DNA of 64,000 nucleotides from Escherichia coli (GTDB lineage Bacteria; Pseudomonadota; Gammaproteobacteria; Enterobacterales; Enterobacteriaceae): NCBI RefSeq assembly GCF_050320075.1, contig NZ_CP190018.1; one strand, 5' to 3'. Shown piece by piece: positions 59,628 to 64,000 of this stretch (position 1 is its first letter; each line of letters starts with the position of its first letter). The notes under the pieces were generated by a model. It saw only the letters and a program-made list of their open reading frames with translations, ran no database searches and was not told where the DNA came from. The position numbers and the translations under genes were made by a program.

Positions 59628-61046
59628 ATGGTTACTATCAATACGGAATCTGCTTTAACGCCACGTCCTCTGCGGGATACGCGGCGTATGAATATGTTTG
59701 TTTCGGTAGCTGCTGCGGTCGCAGGATTGTTATTTGGTCTTGATATCGGCGTAATCGCCGGAGCGTTGCCGTTCATTACCGATCACTTTGTGCTGACCAG
59801 CCGTTTGCAGGAATGGGTGGTCAGTAGCATGATGCTCGGCGCGGCAATTGGTGCGCTGTTTAATGGTTGGCTGTCGTTCCGCCTGGGGCGTAAATACAGC
59901 CTGATGGCGGGGGCCATCCTGTTTGTGCTCGGCTCGATAGGGTCCGCTTTTGCGACCAGCGTAGAGATGTTAATCGCCGCTCGTGTGGTGCTGGGCATTG
60001 CTGTCGGGATCGCGTCTTACACCGCTCCTCTGTATCTTTCTGAAATGGCCAGTGAAAACGTTCGCGGTAAGATGATCAGTATGTACCAGTTGATGGTCAC
60101 ACTCGGCATCGTGCTGGCGTTTTTATCCGATACAGCGTTCAGTTATAGCGGTAACTGGCGCGCAATGTTGGGGGTTCTTGCTTTACCAGCAGTCCTGCTG
60201 ATTATTCTGGTTGTCTTCCTGCCAAATAGCCCGCGCTGGCTGGCGGAAAAAGGGCGTCATATTGAGGCGGAAGAAGTATTGCGTATGCTGCGCGATACGT
60301 CGGAAAAAGCGCGAGAAGAACTCAACGAAATTCGTGAAAGCCTGAAGTTAAAACAGGGCGGTTGGGCACTGTTTAAGATCAACCGTAACGTCCGTCGTGC
60401 TGTATTTCTCGGTATGTTGTTGCAGGCGATGCAGCAGTTTACCGGTATGAACATCATCATGTACTACGCGCCGCGTATCTTCAAAATGGCGGGCTTTACG
60501 ACCACAGAACAACAGATGATTGCGACTCTGGTCGTGGGGCTGACCTTTATGTTCGCCACCTTCATTGCGGTCTTTACGGTAGATAAAGCAGGGCGTAAGC
60601 CGGCTCTGAAAATTGGTTTCAGCGTGATGGCGTTAGGCACTCTGGTGCTGGGTTACTGCCTGATGCAGTTTGATAACGGTACGGCTTCCAGTGGCTTGTC
60701 CTGGCTCTCTGTTGGCATGACGATGATGTGTATTGCCGGTTATGCGATGAGCGCCGCGCCAGTGGTGTGGATCTTGTGCTCTGAAATTCAGCCGCTGAAA
60801 TGCCGCGATTTTGGCATCACCTGCTCAACGACGACAAACTGGGTGTCGAATATGATTATCGGCGCGACCTTCCTGACACTGCTTGATAGCATTGGCGCTG
60901 CCGGTACATTCTGGCTCTACACTGCGCTGAACATTGCGTTTGTGGGCATCACTTTCTGGCTCATTCCGGAAACCAAAAATGTCACCCTGGAACATATCGA
61001 ACGCAAACTGATGGCAGGCGAGAAGTTGAGAAATATCGGCGTCTGA
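59628..61046 (+). CDS. araE: arabinose:H+ symporter (MFS sugar porter)
   Basis: 472-aa product from [10 protein letters not shown]; MFS sugar-transporter signatures. Confidence 0.9.
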   Translation: MVTINTESALTPRPLRDTRRMNMFVSVAAAVAGLLFGLDIGVIAGALPFITDHFVLTSRLQEWVVSSMMLGAAIGALFNGWLSFRLGRKYSLMAGAILFVLGSIGSAFATSVEMLIAARVVLGIAVGIASYTAPLYLSEMASENVRGKMISMYQLMVTLGIVLAFLSDTAFSYSGNWRAMLGVLALPAVLLIILVVFLPNSPRWLAEKGRHIEAEEVLRMLRDTSEKAREELNEIRESLKLKQGGWALFKINRNVRRAVFLGMLLQAMQQFTGMNIIMYYAPRIFKMAGFTTTEQQMIATLVVGLTFMFATFIAVFTVDKAGRKPALKIGFSVMALGTLVLGYCLMQFDNGTASSGLSWLSVGMTMMCIAGYAMSAAPVVWILCSEIQPLKCRDFGITCSTTTNWVSNMIIGATFLTLLDSIGAAGTFWLYTALNIAFVGITFWLIPETKNVTLEHIERKLMAGEKLRNIGV

Positions 61047-61052
61047 TTTCAC

Positions 61053-61087
61053 GGGCCGGATGTGCTGTACATCCGGCCCTTTTTTGT
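61053..61087 (+). terminator. intrinsic terminator after araE
   Basis: GGGCCGGATGTGCTGTACATCCGGCCC followed by TTTTTTTG. Confidence 0.7.
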
Positions 61088-61089
61088 GC

Positions 61090-61795
61090 ACAGAAAACCC
61101 CCAGCTAGGCTGGGGGTTCCGGAAAGCTTTCAGCTTTGAGCCAGTTATTCAAACCCCTTTTGATTTGTTAAAACACCTTGCGGTCTGGCAACTGCAAGTG
61201 TCAAACAAGAAATCAAAAGGGGGTCCCAATGGGGGACGAAAAGAGCTTAGCGCACACCCGCTGGAACTGTAAATATCACATAGTTTTTGCGCCGAAATAC
61301 CGAAGACTGGCGTTTTACGGAGAGAAGCGTAGGGCGATAGGCAGTATTTTGAGAAAGCTGTGTGAGTGGAAAAGCGTACGGATTCTGGAAGCAGAGTGCC
61401 GCGCAGATCATATCCATATGCTTGTGGAAATCCCACCCAAAATGAGCGTATCCGGCTTTATGGGATATCTGAAAGGGAAAAGCAGTCTGATGCTTTACGA
61501 GCAGTTTGGGGATTTGAAATTCAAATACAGAAACAGGGAGTTCTGGTGCCGAGGGTACTATGTCGATACGGTGGGTAAGAACACGGCGAAGATACAGGAC
61601 TACATAAAGCACCAGCTTGAAGAGGATAAAATGGGGGAGCAGTTATCGATTCCATATCCGGGCAGCCCGTTTACGGGCCGTAAGTAACGAAGTTGAATGC
61701 AAATGTCAGATCGTATGCGCCTGTTAGGGCGCGGCTGGTAACAGAGCCTTACAGGCGCATTTGAAAAACCTCCGGCTATGCCGGAGGATATTTAT
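61090..61795 (+). mobile_element. IS200 (approximate boundaries)
   Basis: Terminal hairpins (ACCCCCAGCTAGGCTGGGGGT at left; GCGCCTGT ... ACAGGCGCA at right) flanking an IS200-type tnpA. Confidence 0.6.
61229..61687 (+). CDS. tnpA: IS200/IS605-family transposase TnpA (HUH)
   Basis: MGDEKSLAHTRWNCKYHIVFAPKYRR... with HIHML (HUH) motif; 152 aa. Confidence 0.85.
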   Translation: MGDEKSLAHTRWNCKYHIVFAPKYRRLAFYGEKRRAIGSILRKLCEWKSVRILEAECRADHIHMLVEIPPKMSVSGFMGYLKGKSSLMLYEQFGDLKFKYRNREFWCRGYYVDTVGKNTAKIQDYIKHQLEEDKMGEQLSIPYPGSPFTGRK

Positions 61796-61885
61796 TCGTT
61801 AATAGAGATTGGGCACCTGGCCGTTGAGGCGTTTGTCTCGTTCCTTATTCAGCCTTGTTGCGGTAACACACATCAGGAGAGAGGA

Positions 61886-62578
61886 ATGAAAACAATTGGT
61901 TTGCTGGGAGGAATGAGTTGGGAATCCACTATTCCTTATTATCGTCTGATTAATGAAGGTATTAAACAGCGGCTTGGTGGGCTTCACTCTGCGCAAGTGC
62001 TGCTACATAGCGTCGATTTTCATGAAATAGAAGAGTGCCAGCGTCGCGGCGAGTGGGACAAAACCGGGGACATTTTGGCTGAGGCGGCGCTTGGCTTACA
62101 GCGGGCGGGCGCAGAAGGCATTGTGTTATGTACCAATACGATGCACAAAGTGGCGGATGCCATTGAGTCTCGTTGCTCTCTGCCTTTCTTACACATTGCG
62201 GATGCCACCGGACGTGCAATTACCGGGGCCGGGATGACTCGTGTGGCGCTGCTGGGTACGCGTTACACCATGGAACAGGATTTTTATCGCGGGCGGCTGA
62301 CGGAACAATTTTCCATCAACTGTCTCATTCCTGAAGCGGATGAACGGGCGAAAATTAATCAGATTATTTTTGAAGAACTGTGTCTGGGGCAATTTACCGA
62401 AGCGTCACGCACTTATTATGCGCAAGTGATTGCTCGCCTTGCAGAACAGGGCGCACAGGGCGTCATTTTTGGCTGTACGGAAATTGGTTTACTGGTGCCA
62501 GAAGAGCGCAGTGTTCTGCCTGTGTTTGATACCGCGGCGATCCATGCCGAGGATGCTGTCGCTTTTATGCTGTCGTAG
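61886..62578 (+). CDS. ygeA: amino-acid racemase (Asp/Glu/hydantoin racemase family)
   Basis: 230-aa product from [15 protein letters not shown]; racemase-type motifs. Confidence 0.85.
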   Translation: MKTIGLLGGMSWESTIPYYRLINEGIKQRLGGLHSAQVLLHSVDFHEIEECQRRGEWDKTGDILAEAALGLQRAGAEGIVLCTNTMHKVADAIESRCSLPFLHIADATGRAITGAGMTRVALLGTRYTMEQDFYRGRLTEQFSINCLIPEADERAKINQIIFEELCLGQFTEASRTYYAQVIARLAEQGAQGVIFGCTEIGLLVPEERSVLPVFDTAAIHAEDAVAFMLS

Positions 62579-63500
62579 CTGACGACAAAATAGCGTCAAG
62601 AGAAGTGACCAGTTTCGGTAATCCCGCTTGTAAATGCTCACTAAACGCCTGAACCAGCGCTGATGACGGGCGGTGCAGGGGGCGGATCAGGCTGACGGTG
62701 AACGGAACCGCAATACTGAACCGCCGCACCACTAAACCGCTTGCCGCATAATCCAGTGCGGTGAGCGGGTTAACCACCGAAACACCTACCCCCGCCCGTA
62801 CCATTGCGCAGACTGACGCGGCGCTGTGGGTTTCTACGATCATGCGTCGTTTAACCTGATGTTCAGTAAACAATTGATCCAGCAACTGGCGATAGCTGTC
62901 AGTACGGGAAAGGCTGATGTAGTTCTCACTGTGAAAATCTTCTGGCGTTAATATCTCTTTTGCCGCCAGCGGATGACCCGGAGGTAACACACACACTTCA
63001 TCTAAAGAGAGTAATTCGGTACGTTCTGTTCCCGCAGGCGTATGGAGCGTCTCAGTGAGCCCTAAATCATGACGCTGGGCCGAGAGCCACTCTTCAAGTA
63101 GAGGTGATTCCTGGGGCACGATATTTAAGCTGACATCGGGATAACGTGCCAGAAAGGGTTGCAGGAGCTGCGGTAAAAAAGATTGCGAAAAGACCGGCAG
63201 GCAGGCTATAGACAGTTCTCCCTGGCGAAACTCGCGCAGACTTTCTGCGGCGCTGACAATGCGATCCAGTCCGTACCAGGATCGTTGCACTTCTTCAAAC
63301 AGACGCAGTCCTTGCACGGTAGGATGTAATCGTCCACGTACGCGCTCAAACAATTTCAGCCCGATCACCTTCTCAAAGCGCGCCAGTTCGCGGCTGACTG
63401 TTGGCTGTGAGGTGTGTAGCAGGTGTGCCGCCTCAGTCAGGCTTCCGGCGGTCATTACCGCATGAAAAATTTCAATATGACGTAAGTTAACGGCGGCCAT
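62565..63500 (-). CDS. lysR: LysR-type transcriptional regulator of lysA
   Basis: 311-aa ORF; N-terminal LTTR HTH; divergent from lysA. Confidence 0.9.
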   Translation of the reverse strand: MAAVNLRHIEIFHAVMTAGSLTEAAHLLHTSQPTVSRELARFEKVIGLKLFERVRGRLHPTVQGLRLFEEVQRSWYGLDRIVSAAESLREFRQGELSIACLPVFSQSFLPQLLQPFLARYPDVSLNIVPQESPLLEEWLSAQRHDLGLTETLHTPAGTERTELLSLDEVCVLPPGHPLAAKEILTPEDFHSENYISLSRTDSYRQLLDQLFTEHQVKRRMIVETHSAASVCAMVRAGVGVSVVNPLTALDYAASGLVVRRFSIAVPFTVSLIRPLHRPSSALVQAFSEHLQAGLPKLVTSLDAILSSATTA

Positions 63501-63620
63501 TAGCGCTCTCTCGCAATCCGGTAATCCATATCATTTTTGCATAGACTCAACATAAATCGATATTTTTTATTCTTTTTATGATGTGGCGTAATCATAAAAA
63601 AGCACTTATCTGGAGTTTGT

Positions 63621-64000
63621 TATGCCACATTCACTGTTCAGCACCGATACCGACCTCACCGCCGAAAATCTGCTGCGTTTGCCCGCAGAATTTGGCTGCC
63701 CGGTGTGGGCCTACGATGCGCAAATTATTCGTCGGCAGATTGCAGCGCTGAAACAGTTTGATGTGGTGCGCTTCGCACAGAAAGCCTGTTCCAATATTCA
63801 TATTTTGCGCTTAATGCGTGAGCAGGGCGTGAAAGTGGATTCCGTCTCGTTAGGCGAAATAGAGCGTGCGTTGGCGGCGGGTTACAATCCGCAAACGCAC
63901 CCCGATGATATTGTTTTTACGGCAGATGTTATCGATCAGGCGACGCTTGAACGCGTCAGTGAATTGCAAATTCCGGTGAATGCGGGTTCTGTTGATATGC
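63621..64000 (+). CDS. lysA: diaminopimelate decarboxylase, partial (N-terminal part; continues beyond window)
   Basis: MPHSLFSTDTDLTAENLLRLPAEFGCPVWAYDAQ... with PLP-binding lysine context (FAQKACSN). Confidence 0.9.

Overview
Enterobacterial (E. coli-like) chromosome segment with a conserved backbone at both ends and roughly 33 kb of accessory DNA at tRNA-Gly (glyU) in the middle. Left backbone (1-12930): yqeA (partial), hyuA, ygeY, ygeX, ygeW, ygeV, xdhCBA, ygeR, glyU. Right backbone (46.4-64 kb): ETT2-remnant regulator/chaperone genes (ygeK to yqeH), yqeG, yqeF, kduI, kduD, araE, an IS200 copy, ygeA, lysR and lysA (partial). Backbone gene names are assigned from my recollection of the K-12 map plus matching ORF sizes and N-termini, not from a search. 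Island 1 (about 12929-32076) is bounded by a 16-bp direct repeat of the tRNA 3' end and carries a P4-type integrase, AlpA, KilAC/Bro-N antirepressor-like genes, a Walker-A replication protein, SSB, a ProQ/FinO-like protein and two GCGGGTTAT iteron clusters. Its cargo is the most interesting feature: a terminator-bounded operon (22751-30749) of a 68-aa protein followed by three large proteins of 843, 686 and about 918 aa that I cannot place in any family, plus a 104-aa membrane protein, with 1-nt stop/start overlaps between the large genes. A second module (about 32077-45441) is phage-like and degenerate: serine recombinase, a 2.3-kb AT-rich repeat-dense non-coding region, a strong promoter driving a probable small RNA, a head-decoration/major-capsid-like gene pair, a 613-aa Lys/Ala-rich protein and a tyrosine integrase whose 5' end is cut by IS1 (45442-46209). 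All functional calls are from reading the translations and motifs; no homology search or fold prediction was possible.
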